A stretch of 64,000 nucleotides of DNA, taken from NCBI GenBank assembly GCA_963788655.1, contig CAWBHS010000088.1:32001-96000 (forward strand). The letters are read 5' to 3'. Position numbers and translations under genes: made by a program. The DNA comes from an uncultured Verrucomicrobiae bacterium (GTDB lineage Bacteria; Verrucomicrobiota; Verrucomicrobiia; Limisphaerales; JAFGQR01). Under the pieces are notes generated by a model. It had not been told where the DNA came from. It was given only the letters and a program-made list of their open reading frames with translations, and did not search any database. Positions 1 to 10,634 of this stretch are shown here, in pieces; position 1 is the stretch's first letter, and every line of letters begins with the position of its first letter.

Positions 1-74
1 AGCCGTTGGTGAGGAGCCCAACGGCGCGGGGCGGTCGGCTGTCATCAGTCGTCACCAACGCGATCCATTTATGA
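1..74 (+). CDS. 3' end of upstream gene (ftsL by position)
   Basis: Open frame from base 3 to TGA 72-74, overlapping the ftsI ATG (ATGA). Identity inferred from dcw synteny only. Confidence 0.3.
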   Translation, partial: PLVRSPTARGGRLSSVVTNAIHL

Positions 75-1972
75 ACCAGGCCCGACAATCTCGTCGCTGG
101 TGGATTCCCACACTGCTGGTATTCCTGGCCTTTATTGGCCTGGGGGGGCGGCTGTCCTACCTGCAGGTTTATGACTACGCCAAGTGGAAATACCGGGCGG
201 AGCTTAATACCGAACGATTGTTCCTGATGGAGCCCCGCCGGGGCGAGATCCTGGACGCCAACGGGAATCCCCTGACGACCAGCGTATCGATCAAGCGTGT
301 GTTTGCCAATCCACGGTTCATTGGGCCGTATTACGCCGAAGTGGCCCAAGTGCTGGCACCCTTGGTCGGTTGGGATCAACGAGAATTGACGGAACGGTTG
401 CGTCCCTTTGTTTGCGGCACCAATGACGCCGGCCAACCGATCACCAACGCCTACGTGAATTTGCGGCGCAAAGTTAGTTTCGAAACGTGGCAGCAGGTGA
501 CGCAAGCGATGACCCAGTTGACCCATTACCTGGTGCAGCAGGCGGGTGACCGCGAATTGAATTCAAAGGAAAAGACATTTTATCGGGCCCTGCGGAAGTC
601 CGCCATTTACGCCGTGGACGATTTCCAGCGGGAGTACACGTGCAACCGGCTCGCTTCGCACGTCATCGGGTTTGCCCAAGATCACGAGATCGAGTTCAAT
701 CGCAAGACGGTGTTCGAAATCGTGGGGCGTGACGGCATTGAAGCCTGGTTCGACAACAAACTCACCGGGGTCCGCGGCTGGCGGCAGACGGAGACGGACA
801 ACAATCGTCACGAGCTGCTGGTGTATCGCGACGTGTACCTCGAGCCCAAGCCGGGGCTGAATGTCGAGTTGACGCTCGACATGATCATTCAACAATTTGT
901 CGAACAAGGACTGGCGGAAGCCGTGAAGCAGCACACGCCGGAAAGCGCTTCAGCCATTGTCGTGCGCCCGCGCACGGGGGAGATCCTGGCCCTGGCCACG
1001 TTGCCGAATTATGATCCCAACCGCCCCGGGGACGTGCCGTTGGCCGACCTGCGCAACCGGGTGATCAGCGACCTCATCGAGCCGGGATCAACCTTCAAAG
1101 TCGTGACCATTTCCGCGGCGCTGGACGAGGGCGCCGTGACGTTGGACGACGTGTTTGATTGCGAACGGGGACGCTGGACGTACATGAGAAAAGTGCTCCA
1201 AGACCACGGCCGCTACGACCTCCTGCCGGTGCGAAAGATCCTCTCCAAATCGTCGAACATCGGCGCCGCCAAAGTCGCCCTCAAATTGGGCGAAGCGCGT
1301 TTATATGATTACACGCGGCGTTATGGCTTTGGCGAGAAGACCGGCATCCCGCTTGGCGGTGAAGTCCGTGGCATTGTGCATGCCCCGAGCAATCGCGACC
1401 GGCTCCGCGTCACGCGCGTCGCCATGGGGCAGGCAATTTCCGTGACCGAATTGCAGATGGTCATGGCAGTGAGCGCGATTGCCAACCGCGGGGTGTTGAT
1501 GCAGCCACTGTTGGTGAAAGGACTGCGCGACCAGCACGGCCAATACGTGACCCGTTACGAACCGCAGGTGGTGCGGCGAGTGATTCGCGAGAGCACTGCC
1601 CGCCAAATGGTGGATGCGATGAAAGACGTCGTGGGCCCCGACGGCACGGCGCCCAAAGCGGCCCTGGCGCATTACACGGTGGCGGGTAAAACCGGTACGG
1701 CTGAAGTCGCGCGCAACGGACGTTACGTTGATGGCGAATATGTGGGATCCTTCATCGGCTTCTTTCCCGCGGACAACCCGGAAATCTGTCTGGCGGTGAC
1801 GCTGGTCAAACCGCACAACGGTTATTACGGCGGCCAAGTGGCAGCACCGTTCTGGCAACAGATGGCCGAGCAAATCGCCCAGTACTTGAAAATTCAGCCG
1901 GATCGGGAGCCGGAAATCGAGCCCAAACCGGACTTGAAATCCGGACCCAAACTGGCCCACGCCGAGCCGTGA
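71..1972 (+). CDS. ftsI: Class B penicillin-binding protein (septal transpeptidase)
   Basis: N-terminal TM, RGEILDANG dimerisation motif, transpeptidase motifs EPGSTFK (SxxK), KSSNIG (SxN) and GKTGTA (KTG); first gene of the dcw cluster. Confidence 0.93.
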   Translation: MNQARQSRRWWIPTLLVFLAFIGLGGRLSYLQVYDYAKWKYRAELNTERLFLMEPRRGEILDANGNPLTTSVSIKRVFANPRFIGPYYAEVAQVLAPLVGWDQRELTERLRPFVCGTNDAGQPITNAYVNLRRKVSFETWQQVTQAMTQLTHYLVQQAGDRELNSKEKTFYRALRKSAIYAVDDFQREYTCNRLASHVIGFAQDHEIEFNRKTVFEIVGRDGIEAWFDNKLTGVRGWRQTETDNNRHELLVYRDVYLEPKPGLNVELTLDMIIQQFVEQGLAEAVKQHTPESASAIVVRPRTGEILALATLPNYDPNRPGDVPLADLRNRVISDLIEPGSTFKVVTISAALDEGAVTLDDVFDCERGRWTYMRKVLQDHGRYDLLPVRKILSKSSNIGAAKVALKLGEARLYDYTRRYGFGEKTGIPLGGEVRGIVHAPSNRDRLRVTRVAMGQAISVTELQMVMAVSAIANRGVLMQPLLVKGLRDQHGQYVTRYEPQVVRRVIRESTARQMVDAMKDVVGPDGTAPKAALAHYTVAGKTGTAEVARNGRYVDGEYVGSFIGFFPADNPEICLAVTLVKPHNGYYGGQVAAPFWQQMAEQIAQYLKIQPDREPEIEPKPDLKSGPKLAHAEP

Positions 1973-2000
1973 ACCAAGCGGACAATACCAAGGAGCGGTC

Positions 2001-3494
2001 ATGTTGTTGAAAGAACTCGTCCAATCGCTGCCGGAGGCGAAAGTGGAGGGAGCGCTGGACCGCGAGGTGGCCGGCATTGCTTATGATTCGCGCCGGGTCG
2101 TGCCGGGAATGGTCTTCGTCGCCGTGCGCGGCCAGCGCGTGGATGGACATGACTTTATTGTCCCGGCGGTGGACCGGGGCGCGGTGGCGGTGATTTGCGA
2201 ACGGAATGGCGTGCTCAAAACCCGGGCCACAAAAATTCAAGTGCCCGATTCGCGGGAAGCCCTGGCGCGGGTGGCCATGACGTTTTATCAGCATCCGAGT
2301 TCCCGGTTGAAAATCATTGGCGTCACCGGCACGAACGGCAAGACGGTGGTGGCCTTCATGGTGAAACAGGTGCTCGAAACCGCCGGCCTCAAAACCGGAT
2401 TGATTGGCACGGTTCACTACGAAGTGGGCGATCGCATCATCCCGGCGCAACGCACGACGCCGGAGTCGTTGGAATTGCAGCAGACTCTGGCCCAGATCGC
2501 GAAGGCGGGATGTCAGGCGTGCGTGTTGGAAGTCACGTCGCACGGACTGGATCAGAAGCGCGTGTTGGGAATCGAGTTCGACGTGGCCATTTTTACCAAC
2601 CTCACCCACGACCATATCGATTATCACGGATCGATGGAGGATTACTTCCGCACCAAACAGCTCCTGTTCGCGGCGCTGGGGCGGGGGGGCAAGCGCGGCA
2701 CGGCGGTGATTAACATCGACGACACGTATGGTGCGCGATTGGCCGAAGCGAAGCACGCCGAAGTGCAGCTCACTTACGGCTTGCAGCGCAAAGCGACGTT
2801 GCGCGCTTCGGAGATCCAGTTGAATGGGGAAGGTTCGCAGTTTCAGGTGGAAACGCCGAAGGGCTCGTTTGCGTGCCGTTTGCCGCTGATCGGCCGGCAC
2901 AATGTTTACAATGCCCTGGCGGCGGTCGGCGCCGGCTTTGCCTTGAATGCTGAGGAAGGAATCATTCAAACAGCGCTCAACGACATGCCGGCCGTGCCGG
3001 GGCGATTGGAAGCCATCGCCGGCGGCCAACCGTTTGCGGTATTTGTCGATTACGCGCACACGGATGATGCGCTGAAGAATGTGCTGGCGTCCTTGCGGGA
3101 AGTGACGGGCGGCCGCTTGTTGTTGTTGTTTGGTTGTGGTGGCGGACGCGATGCCCGCAAACGTCCATTGATGGGAAAAGTGGCGGCGGAACTGGCCGAC
3201 TTCACGCTCATTACGAGCGACAATCCTAGGCAGGAAGATCCCGCGGAGATCGCCGGCCAGATTGAGGCAGGTTACCGGTCGGTCAAAACCGACAGTTACG
3301 AAATTGAACTGGACCGTCAGCGGGCTATTCAACAAATCCTCGGGTCCGCCCGCGCCGGCGACACTGTGTTGCTGGCGGGCAAAGGTCACGAAACCTACCA
3401 GGAATTTGAGAACACCGTGGTGCCGTTTGATGACCGGGTGATTGCCCAGGAAGCGTTGGAGAGCTTGGGATTTGCCGGATCGTCCGAGTTTTGA
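2001..3494 (+). CDS. murE: UDP-MurNAc-dipeptide:meso-DAP ligase
   Basis: GVTGTNGKT, TTPES, FTNLTHDHIDYH, VDYAHT, DNPR (mDAP-specific) and AGKGHE motifs. Confidence 0.96.
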   Translation: MLLKELVQSLPEAKVEGALDREVAGIAYDSRRVVPGMVFVAVRGQRVDGHDFIVPAVDRGAVAVICERNGVLKTRATKIQVPDSREALARVAMTFYQHPSSRLKIIGVTGTNGKTVVAFMVKQVLETAGLKTGLIGTVHYEVGDRIIPAQRTTPESLELQQTLAQIAKAGCQACVLEVTSHGLDQKRVLGIEFDVAIFTNLTHDHIDYHGSMEDYFRTKQLLFAALGRGGKRGTAVINIDDTYGARLAEAKHAEVQLTYGLQRKATLRASEIQLNGEGSQFQVETPKGSFACRLPLIGRHNVYNALAAVGAGFALNAEEGIIQTALNDMPAVPGRLEAIAGGQPFAVFVDYAHTDDALKNVLASLREVTGGRLLLLFGCGGGRDARKRPLMGKVAAELADFTLITSDNPRQEDPAEIAGQIEAGYRSVKTDSYEIELDRQRAIQQILGSARAGDTVLLAGKGHETYQEFENTVVPFDDRVIAQEALESLGFAGSSEF

Positions 3495-3574
3495 CCGGTT
3501 GACGCCCATCAGATCCGTGGCCTGAACCGGGACGCCAAAACGAGATTTTCCAGCCGGCTCACAACGGTTTCGCG

Positions 3575-3614
3575 CTTCAACTCTTTAACGCTTCAGCCCT
3601 TCAACTTTTCAACG
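3575..3614. repeat. Short ~8-bp-period TTCAAC tandem repeat
   Basis: cttcaactctttaacgcttcagcccttcaacttttcaacg; near-identical tract at 34678-34710. Confidence 0.5.
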
Positions 3615-3632
3615 AAGCGTAGCAATTGGTGA

Positions 3633-5030
3633 ATGGAACCCCGCTCGCTAAAGTTCATTGCGGAGGCGTGCGCTGCCGATGTCCGGTCTGGCTCGTTGGA
3701 CACGGTGGTTTCCCGCGTCTGCACCGATTCCCGGCAACTCCAGCGCGGCGATTTGTTTTTTGCGCTTAAGGGCGAGCGGTTTGACGGTCATGACTATGTG
3801 GTGGACGTGGCGCGGCAAGGAGCCGCTGCGGTGGTTGTGGAGCCGGACAAAGCTCCACTTCTGGAATGTCTGCCGCCCCAAGTCGGCTTTTTCGCCGTGG
3901 CCAACTGTCGGGCCGCGCTCGGGGCCTTGGCAACTCGCTATCGGGCGGATTTCCGTTTGGCGATGATTGCGGTCGGCGGGTCGAACGGCAAAACCACGAC
4001 CAAGGAACTGCTGGCCTCCGTGTTGCGCCAGCGTTTCAACACCTTGTGGAGCCAGGCCAGTTTCAACAACGACATTGGCGTGCCGTTGACCTTGCTGCAA
4101 CTCGACCGTTCCCATCAGGCGGCGGTGGTGGAGGTGGGCACCAATCATCCGGGCGAACTACCGCCGCTGGTGCGTATGGTTCAGCCCCAATACGGCGTGC
4201 TGACCAACATCGGGCATGAGCATCTCGAGTTCTTCCACGATCTGGCCGGCGTGGCGCAGGAGGAAGGCTGGCTGGCCGAACTGTTGCCTGCTTTTGGCAG
4301 ACTCTTTCTCAATGGCGATGAAGAATGGTTGCCCGCCATCGTCAAACGCACACAAGCCAGCGTGGTAACCGCCGGTTTGGGGGCGCGCAATGACTGGCGC
4401 GCCGGTAATGTTTGGGTCGGAGAGGAAGGTGTGAAGTTTGAGGTCAACGCACCGCGCCCGGAATACTCCGGAGCCTACCAGATCCGGCTCCTGGGGCGGC
4501 ACCAAGTTTCGAATGCACTCCTCGCCCTCGCGGTGGGGACGGAACTTGGTGTCCCCCCGGAGCTGGTGCGCCGCGGCCTCGCCGAATGCGCGCCGCTCAA
4601 GTTGCGGTTGCAAATTAAGCACTGCGGCGGTGTGGGCGTGTTGAACGATGCCTACAACGCGAATGCTGATTCGATGCGGGCGGCCTTGGAAACCTTGCGA
4701 GATTTGCCCTGCAACGGACGGCGCGTGGCGGTGCTGGGGGACATGGCGGAACTGGGTTCCAGCACCGCTCAAGCCCATCGGGAAGTGGGTCAGCGCGCGG
4801 CGGAATTGGGAATCGACCGGCTCTTGGCCGTGGGCACTTGGGCCCAGGAAACCGCCGAAGCCGCCCGCCGGGCGGGAATGAATGAGGTATTCGCCTGGGC
4901 CGATGTACCGGTAGCGGTTGGTGCGATCGTGGAACTGGTGAAACCCGGTGACATGGTGCTGATCAAGGCCTCCCGGGCGGCGGGATTGGATCGGATTGCC
5001 GAAGCGGTTTGTCGTGGCGCATCCAACTGA
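3633..5030 (+). CDS. murF: UDP-MurNAc-tripeptide:D-Ala-D-Ala ligase
   Basis: GSNGKTTTKE, FNNDIGVPLTL, NDAYNAN, VLGDMAELG and KASR motifs. Confidence 0.96.
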   Translation: MEPRSLKFIAEACAADVRSGSLDTVVSRVCTDSRQLQRGDLFFALKGERFDGHDYVVDVARQGAAAVVVEPDKAPLLECLPPQVGFFAVANCRAALGALATRYRADFRLAMIAVGGSNGKTTTKELLASVLRQRFNTLWSQASFNNDIGVPLTLLQLDRSHQAAVVEVGTNHPGELPPLVRMVQPQYGVLTNIGHEHLEFFHDLAGVAQEEGWLAELLPAFGRLFLNGDEEWLPAIVKRTQASVVTAGLGARNDWRAGNVWVGEEGVKFEVNAPRPEYSGAYQIRLLGRHQVSNALLALAVGTELGVPPELVRRGLAECAPLKLRLQIKHCGGVGVLNDAYNANADSMRAALETLRDLPCNGRRVAVLGDMAELGSSTAQAHREVGQRAAELGIDRLLAVGTWAQETAEAARRAGMNEVFAWADVPVAVGAIVELVKPGDMVLIKASRAAGLDRIAEAVCRGASN

Positions 5031-5234
5031 AATACTGCGATGAAGACGACAGCTAAAATGAATCGATCACTGCCGGCCGCAGTGGGAGCGAAGACGTCCG
5101 GCTGCTCCGTTTGCCGGGCATATACTTCACGGCGCAGCCGGGTTTGGCCCAGTTTCCTGGTGCGGCTGATTGGCGAAGAGCGAGTCCGCCGTTTGCCGGC
5201 CGAGCCGTTCATGCTGCCACGCCACGATTAGCGG

Positions 5235-6386
5235 ATGATTTTTTACTGGAGCCAATACGCGTTGGATATGGCGCACGGCACGGTATGGGAGGACCAGCTT
5301 TCATTCCTGCGGCTGTTCCGCTACATCACCGTCCGTAGCGCCGGTGCCGCGGTGACGGCGCTGGTGCTGTGCTGGTGGCTTGGCCCCAAGGTCATCACTT
5401 GGTTGAAACGGCTGAAGTTCGGTCAGGAATACCAGGATCGGGCGGAGGAAACGGGCTTCTTTACCCGTCCCGGCTCGAAAAAGGGCACGCCGACCATGGG
5501 CGGCATTCTGATCGTGGCGGCCATGGATTTCACCGCCTTGCTTTGGGCGCAATGGAATTTGCTGGTGCTGTTGACTTTGCTCTCGGTGGTTGTCTTGTGC
5601 GGCCTGGGTTTTTACGACGATTGGGCCAAGATCACCAAGCAGACCAGTTCCGGCGTGGCCGAGTGTGTCAAGCTGGCGGTGCAATTTGCGCTGGCCGGAT
5701 TTATCGCGGTTTACTTGTGGCAGGTGCCGTCAACCAACGAGTTGATCCGCGAGTTCATGGTGCCGTTTTACAAGCATCCGGTGGCGGCGGGCTCGTTGGG
5801 CGTTGCCCTGGGACTGATCATTACCGTGTTAACGATTGTCGGCAGTTCGAACGCCGTCAATTTAACCGATGGTCTGGATGGTCTGGCGGTCGGTTGCACG
5901 TTGATCGTCTCGTTTGTTTTTGTGGTGCTGACTTACGTGGCCGGCAATGCCGTGCTGGCGGGCTACCTCAACGTGCCATTCGTGCGCGGGGCTGGAGAAT
6001 TGAGCGTGTTTTGCGCGGCCATGATCGGGGCCGGTCTGGGCTTTTTGTGGTTTAACTGTCACCCGGCACAGGTGTTTATGGGGGATACGGGATCGTTGGC
6101 ATTGGGCGGGGCGTTGGGAATTATTGCCGTGTTGATTCATCAACCGCTGGTGCTGGTGATTGCGGGGGGCGTCTTTGTGGCGGAGGCGGTTTCGGTGATT
6201 CTCCAACGCGGTTATTTCAAATATACGCGCCTGCGGTACGGGCAGGGACGCCGGATTTTTCTGATGGCGCCGTTACACCACCACTTTGAGAGCAAGGGCT
6301 GGCATGAATCCCAGGTGGTGACGCGGTTTTACATTTTGGGCATTCTGTGCGGCGTCATTGCCTTGAGCACGTTGAAGATTCGCTGA
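5235..6386 (+). CDS. mraY: Phospho-MurNAc-pentapeptide transferase
   Basis: KKGTPTMGG, GFYDD, NAVNLTDGLDGL, FMGDTGS and MAPLHHHFE motifs; polytopic membrane protein. Confidence 0.97.
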   Translation: MIFYWSQYALDMAHGTVWEDQLSFLRLFRYITVRSAGAAVTALVLCWWLGPKVITWLKRLKFGQEYQDRAEETGFFTRPGSKKGTPTMGGILIVAAMDFTALLWAQWNLLVLLTLLSVVVLCGLGFYDDWAKITKQTSSGVAECVKLAVQFALAGFIAVYLWQVPSTNELIREFMVPFYKHPVAAGSLGVALGLIITVLTIVGSSNAVNLTDGLDGLAVGCTLIVSFVFVVLTYVAGNAVLAGYLNVPFVRGAGELSVFCAAMIGAGLGFLWFNCHPAQVFMGDTGSLALGGALGIIAVLIHQPLVLVIAGGVFVAEAVSVILQRGYFKYTRLRYGQGRRIFLMAPLHHHFESKGWHESQVVTRFYILGILCGVIALSTLKIR

Positions 6387-6975
6387 GTTGGCGTCGAGTA
6401 CGTCCTGTGCGCCGGTAACCCACTTGGGATCTGACGCGAGGCGCTTCATTCTTTGGCCAGACCGGAAACGCAGAGATGCTTAACGCCGTCTCCTACAGCT
6501 CAGATTTGACCGCCAGTTCAGCGGGCTGCCGAATGGCCCGTATCATGCTGAAAATCGAGGGTTGAAGTGGTATTCGACGCGAGTATGTTGCCGACACGAA
6601 CCAATTTTAGCAAACTAGTGCGCACGGAAGCTTTTGCTCCTTGCACGCATGCGGATTCATTGTTAGAAGCATTGACACGGTGCAACAAACGCTTTAGCCG
6701 CTGGCCCAAGCGAATCATGGGAACCCTCTCCAACGAGCGGCACGCGTTCGACAGTTTGGACTGCCGGACGGTTTTTAGCGTCAGGATTAATATCCGGCCG
6801 GTGCCGGGAAGTCGGGCGGCTGGGCGCGAAATTCGGAGCACGGGGCGCACGCATACAAGTTTTGAAAGCACAAATATTCGAATTCGAAATCGTCAGGGGC
6901 CTCACAGCGTGCCCAGGGCGACCGTTTTAACTCAAAGCCTGATGAAAGGACGCTGTGACAGGTTATAGGTTGACC

Positions 6976-7770
6976 ATGAATACTCCAAATCCACTTCACC
7001 CCCAGGGCACTTTTATCGAGAACCAAGGCAGGTCGCACGTTCGGATCGCCGTGTTTACGATTCTCGCGGTTCATGTCGTGTTACTTGGAGCGTTGCTGCT
7101 CCAGGGCTGCAAACGAACCACGACCGAGACGGACGCCGACGAGAACGCATCCAGTTCCTTGCCGCCGTTTGAACCGACCTCGAACGTGTTCGCGCCACCT
7201 CCACCGGTCACCACTTTTGCGCCGCCGCCCGAAGTGACACCCGTCGAGCCACCGCCTACCATTTCCACCACGCCGCCGGTGGAGACATCCGCCCCGCCCG
7301 TGGTGACCACGCCACCGGTGGTGCCGCCCATCCCTTCCGCGGTTACGCCACCTGTACCTACGGCGGTGACCCCGCCCAGCGAATTCTATCCGCCGACCGC
7401 CAACCGCGAGCACACCGTGGAAAAAGGCGACAACTTCTATACCCTGGCCAAGAAATACGGCGTGTCGATGAAAGCCATCTCCGCCGCCAATCCGGGCGTG
7501 GATCCGCGTCGCTTAAAGATCGGGAACAAGCTCGTGATTCCGCCGGCCGAAGAAAAATCCAGTTCCAATGCGGCCGAGTCCGCCACGGCCGATGGCCCCA
7601 CTGGCACTGTGTATGCCGTGAAATCCGGTGACAACCTATACAAAATAGCCAGGAAATACGGCACCAAAGTTGACGCGTTGCGCCGGGAAAATAATCTGCG
7701 CACGGATCGGTTGGTGGTCGGACAGAAATTGAAGATTCCCGCCAGCGCCACGAAACTGGAGAAGAAGTAA
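6976..7770 (+). CDS. Membrane-anchored protein with Pro/Thr linker and two LysM domains
   Basis: Hydrophobic segment ending LLQGC, long P/T-rich linker, LysM repeats HTVEKGDNFYTLAKKYGVS and YAVKSGDNLYKIARKYG. Start taken as ATG 6976. Confidence 0.88.
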   Translation: MNTPNPLHPQGTFIENQGRSHVRIAVFTILAVHVVLLGALLLQGCKRTTTETDADENASSSLPPFEPTSNVFAPPPPVTTFAPPPEVTPVEPPPTISTTPPVETSAPPVVTTPPVVPPIPSAVTPPVPTAVTPPSEFYPPTANREHTVEKGDNFYTLAKKYGVSMKAISAANPGVDPRRLKIGNKLVIPPAEEKSSSNAAESATADGPTGTVYAVKSGDNLYKIARKYGTKVDALRRENNLRTDRLVVGQKLKIPASATKLEKK

Positions 7771-7905
7771 GCGCACCGCCAATGCAAGTCAGCGCCTGGC
7801 GGTGGCCTGACCTTCGAGTGGTCGGTTCCAATTTGTCGGCGTCCCGCCGCCAGATGCGAACGCGGACACACTGGGCAATTTGCCTACGGCCAACCCAAGT
7901 CGCGT

Positions 7906-8039
7906 AGCGTTTGGAGTGTGACCGGCTTGCCGGCGCTTTCGATTAGCAAGAAGGTGTCGCAGGTTTACTGGCACTGGTTTCCATATTGTGGCACGTTGGA
8001 TCATCCAAAGCGGGAGCAAGCTCCACGCACTCCAAACGC
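7906..8039. repeat. REP doublet (BIME-like), family A
   Basis: AGCGTTTGGAGTG-palindrome-GCTTT units in inverted orientation; related copies at 10501, 39048, 45361 and 47722. Confidence 0.8.
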
Positions 8040-8126
8040 GGGCGCGACGTTTGCAGGACTTCTTGACACCCGATCATTGGTATTGATCATTCTCTGGTCA
8101 TTGGGTGATTGCACATTGAACCTTCC

Positions 8127-9257
8127 ATGAAGGTTGCCACTTCTATCCTATTCTCTTCCGTGGTGGGCTTGCTCGCCTTGGGCATGGTCATGCTGTTCAG
8201 TGCCAGCACGGGTGAAGCCAAGTTGAGTTACTGGAAAATGCAACCGGTGTGGTGTGCGCTCGGGCTGGGGATTTGTTGGATCCTGGCTGCCTGCGGAGAT
8301 TACGCCTGGCTGAAGAAACTCTGGTGGCTCTGCTGGCTGGCCGGCCTCGCGGTGCTGGTATTGGTCCTCATCCCCGGCATTGGCAAACACTTGAATGGGG
8401 CGAGCCGCTGGATCAAGTTTCAAGGGTTCACGTTCCAACCGTCCGAATTGGCCAAGATCGCTACCATCATCGCGCTGGCGTGGTATGGGGACCGTTACGC
8501 GCGGTTCATGGGCCAATGGCGGCGCGGCTGGCTTTACCCGGGACTGTTGATTGCGCCGGTGATGCTGCTGATCTTCGCGGAACCGGATTGGGGCACGGCG
8601 ATGCTGTTGGCGGCGGTATGTGCCATCATGTTGTTTCTGGCCGGCACGCGAATTGATCTGTTGATGGTCACCGGCACCGGCGCGTTTTCCGCCCTGGCGG
8701 TCCTGCTGTCGAACGACCCCGTGCGCCGTGCGCGTTGGCTGGCTTTCCTGGATTTGGAGCGTTACAAGGAAAGCTTTGGCTTTCAGGTATTCCAATCGGT
8801 AACGGCCATCGGTTCGGGCGGAATCGAAGGCAAAGGTCTGTGCGACGGACGGCAGAAGTTCGGCTTCGTGCCGGAGTTGCACACGGATTTTATCTATTCG
8901 CTCATCGGCGAAGAACTCGGATTGATCGGCACGTTAGCGGTCATTCTGGCGTTTTTGGCCATCCTTTTCACTGGCCTCTACATCGCCCGCCGGGCGCGCG
9001 ACAACTTCGGGATGTTGCTGGCGAGTGGGATCACGTTTCTCATCAGTCTCCAGGCGGCCATCAACATCGGCGTGGTGACAAGTTCGCTGCCGAACAAAGG
9101 CTTGCCCCTCCCATTCATCAGTTACGGCGGTTCCAACCTGGTCATCCTGCTGGGGTGCATCGGCATTCTGCTGAACATTGCCCGGCATGCCGAAGAACCG
9201 GCCAATATCTTTTGTCCCTCGCTGGAACCTTCCGGCGAACTGGAACCCGCCCGATGA
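8127..9257 (+). CDS. ftsW: SEDS peptidoglycan polymerase
   Basis: NGASRWI, FQPSELAK, EPDWGT, PELHTDFIYSLIGEELG and GLPLPFISYGGS motifs. Start ATG 8127. Confidence 0.95.
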   Translation: MKVATSILFSSVVGLLALGMVMLFSASTGEAKLSYWKMQPVWCALGLGICWILAACGDYAWLKKLWWLCWLAGLAVLVLVLIPGIGKHLNGASRWIKFQGFTFQPSELAKIATIIALAWYGDRYARFMGQWRRGWLYPGLLIAPVMLLIFAEPDWGTAMLLAAVCAIMLFLAGTRIDLLMVTGTGAFSALAVLLSNDPVRRARWLAFLDLERYKESFGFQVFQSVTAIGSGGIEGKGLCDGRQKFGFVPELHTDFIYSLIGEELGLIGTLAVILAFLAILFTGLYIARRARDNFGMLLASGITFLISLQAAINIGVVTSSLPNKGLPLPFISYGGSNLVILLGCIGILLNIARHAEEPANIFCPSLEPSGELEPAR

Positions 9258-10510
9258 GTGACCGTGTCAACCAACCGTTGATCGCCATCGCCTGCGGCGG
9301 CACCGGCGGACATCTGTTCCCCGGCCTGGCGGTTGCGGGCGAATTAAAGCAACGCGGTTGCGACGTGCTATTGCTGGTGTCTCCCAAAGACGTGGACCAG
9401 CAAGCCGTAAAACAAATTACCCAGATGACCGTGGCCACATTGCCGGCGGTGGGCTTGACTCGCGGCAACGTCTTCCGGTTCCTGGCGGGTTTTGGGAAAT
9501 CCTATTTCACGGCCCGAAATCTCTTTCGCCAACGAGCGCCGCAGGGCGTGCTGGCCATGGGCGGATTCACCAGTGCGCCGCCGGTGCTGGCCGGGCGGGC
9601 CTGTGGCGCGGCGGCTTTTCTGCACGAATCGAACAGCGTTCCGGGACGGGCCAATCGCTGGTTGGCGCGTTGGGTGAATCAGGCTTACGTCGGCTTTCCG
9701 CAAGCGGCCGAGCGACTGCGCTGCCGCGACGTGGTGAAGACCGGTACTCCCGTGCGCCCGGGTTTCTTGCACCCGGATCACGCGGCCAGCCGCAAGGCAT
9801 TGGGCTTCGATCCGCAGCGGCCAGTGCTGCTGATTACCGGTGGTAGCCAGGGTGCTCATGCCATCAATCGTTTGATGATGGACGCGTTACCGCTGCTGGC
9901 GGCGGGACTGCCGCAACTCCAGTTCCTGCACGGGTGCGGCGGGCGCGACGAAGCGGAAGTCAAAGCTGCTTACGCGCGGCAGCCGGTCAAAGCAGTGGTA
10001 CGCGGCTTTGTGACGGAAATGAACCTTGCTCTGGGCGCAGCGACATTGGCGGTGAGCCGGGCGGGGGCCTCGTCGTTAGCTGAACTGGCTGCGGTGCGTT
10101 TGCCGGCGTTGCTCATTCCGTATCCGTCCGCGGCAGACAATCACCAGCACTTCAACGCCCTGGCTTTTGCCGACACTGGCGCCGCGGTGCTTAAAGAACA
10201 ATCCGAAGCCACCGCGGAAAACGTCGCTGAGCAATTGTTGGCGTTGCTCCAGGATGATACCCAGCGCCAGGCGATGAGCGAATCGCTGATCCTTTGGGAG
10301 TCGCCGCGGGCAGCGCAACTCATCGTCGAAAACATGCTCCACCGTTTAAAGGCCACCGGGCTTTTGCCGGCCAACCTGCTGACCATACCGTCAGCATCGC
10401 ACTCCATGCGCCACACCCCGCCCCACAGTTCCTTCGTAACTGCGGCACTGTGGACGCCTTGGAGATTGTGTTCTTGGCTGCGGCCATCTGTAGTTCGCGA
10501 AGCGTCTTGA
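9254..10510 (+). CDS. murG: Lipid I GlcNAc transferase
   Basis: GGTGGHLFPG, HESNSVPGRAN, GGSQGA, SRAGAS and HQHFNA motifs. ATG 9254 overlaps the ftsW stop; the stop lies inside a REP. Confidence 0.94.
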   Translation: MSDRVNQPLIAIACGGTGGHLFPGLAVAGELKQRGCDVLLLVSPKDVDQQAVKQITQMTVATLPAVGLTRGNVFRFLAGFGKSYFTARNLFRQRAPQGVLAMGGFTSAPPVLAGRACGAAAFLHESNSVPGRANRWLARWVNQAYVGFPQAAERLRCRDVVKTGTPVRPGFLHPDHAASRKALGFDPQRPVLLITGGSQGAHAINRLMMDALPLLAAGLPQLQFLHGCGGRDEAEVKAAYARQPVKAVVRGFVTEMNLALGAATLAVSRAGASSLAELAAVRLPALLIPYPSAADNHQHFNALAFADTGAAVLKEQSEATAENVAEQLLALLQDDTQRQAMSESLILWESPRAAQLIVENMLHRLKATGLLPANLLTIPSASHSMRHTPPHSSFVTAALWTPWRLCSWLRPSVVREAS

Positions 10511-10634
10511 GTGCGTGGAGCTTGCTCCCGCTTTCGGTTGTCAGAGGGCGCACGACACACAATACAGCTCCCCAGTAATCTGAACCTCGCGCCTCATGCG
10601 AGAGCGCCGGCAAGCCGGACGCACTCCAAACGCT
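10501..10634. repeat. REP doublet, family A
   Basis: GAGTGCGTGGAGCTTGCTCCCGCTTT ... AGCGCCGGCAAGCCGGACGCACTCCAAACGCT. Confidence 0.8.

Noticed and set aside
5040..5231. Small ORF between murF and mraY
   Set aside because: No motif or coding signal that I can support.
6938..6950. Hammerhead ribozyme (CTGATGA...GAAA)
   Set aside because: The two core segments overlap with no stem II between them.
8735..9253. N-terminal extension of murG; similarly ORF 40297-41217 upstream of the HTH domain
   Set aside because: These overlap real genes in another frame; coupled starts exist at 9254 and 40605.
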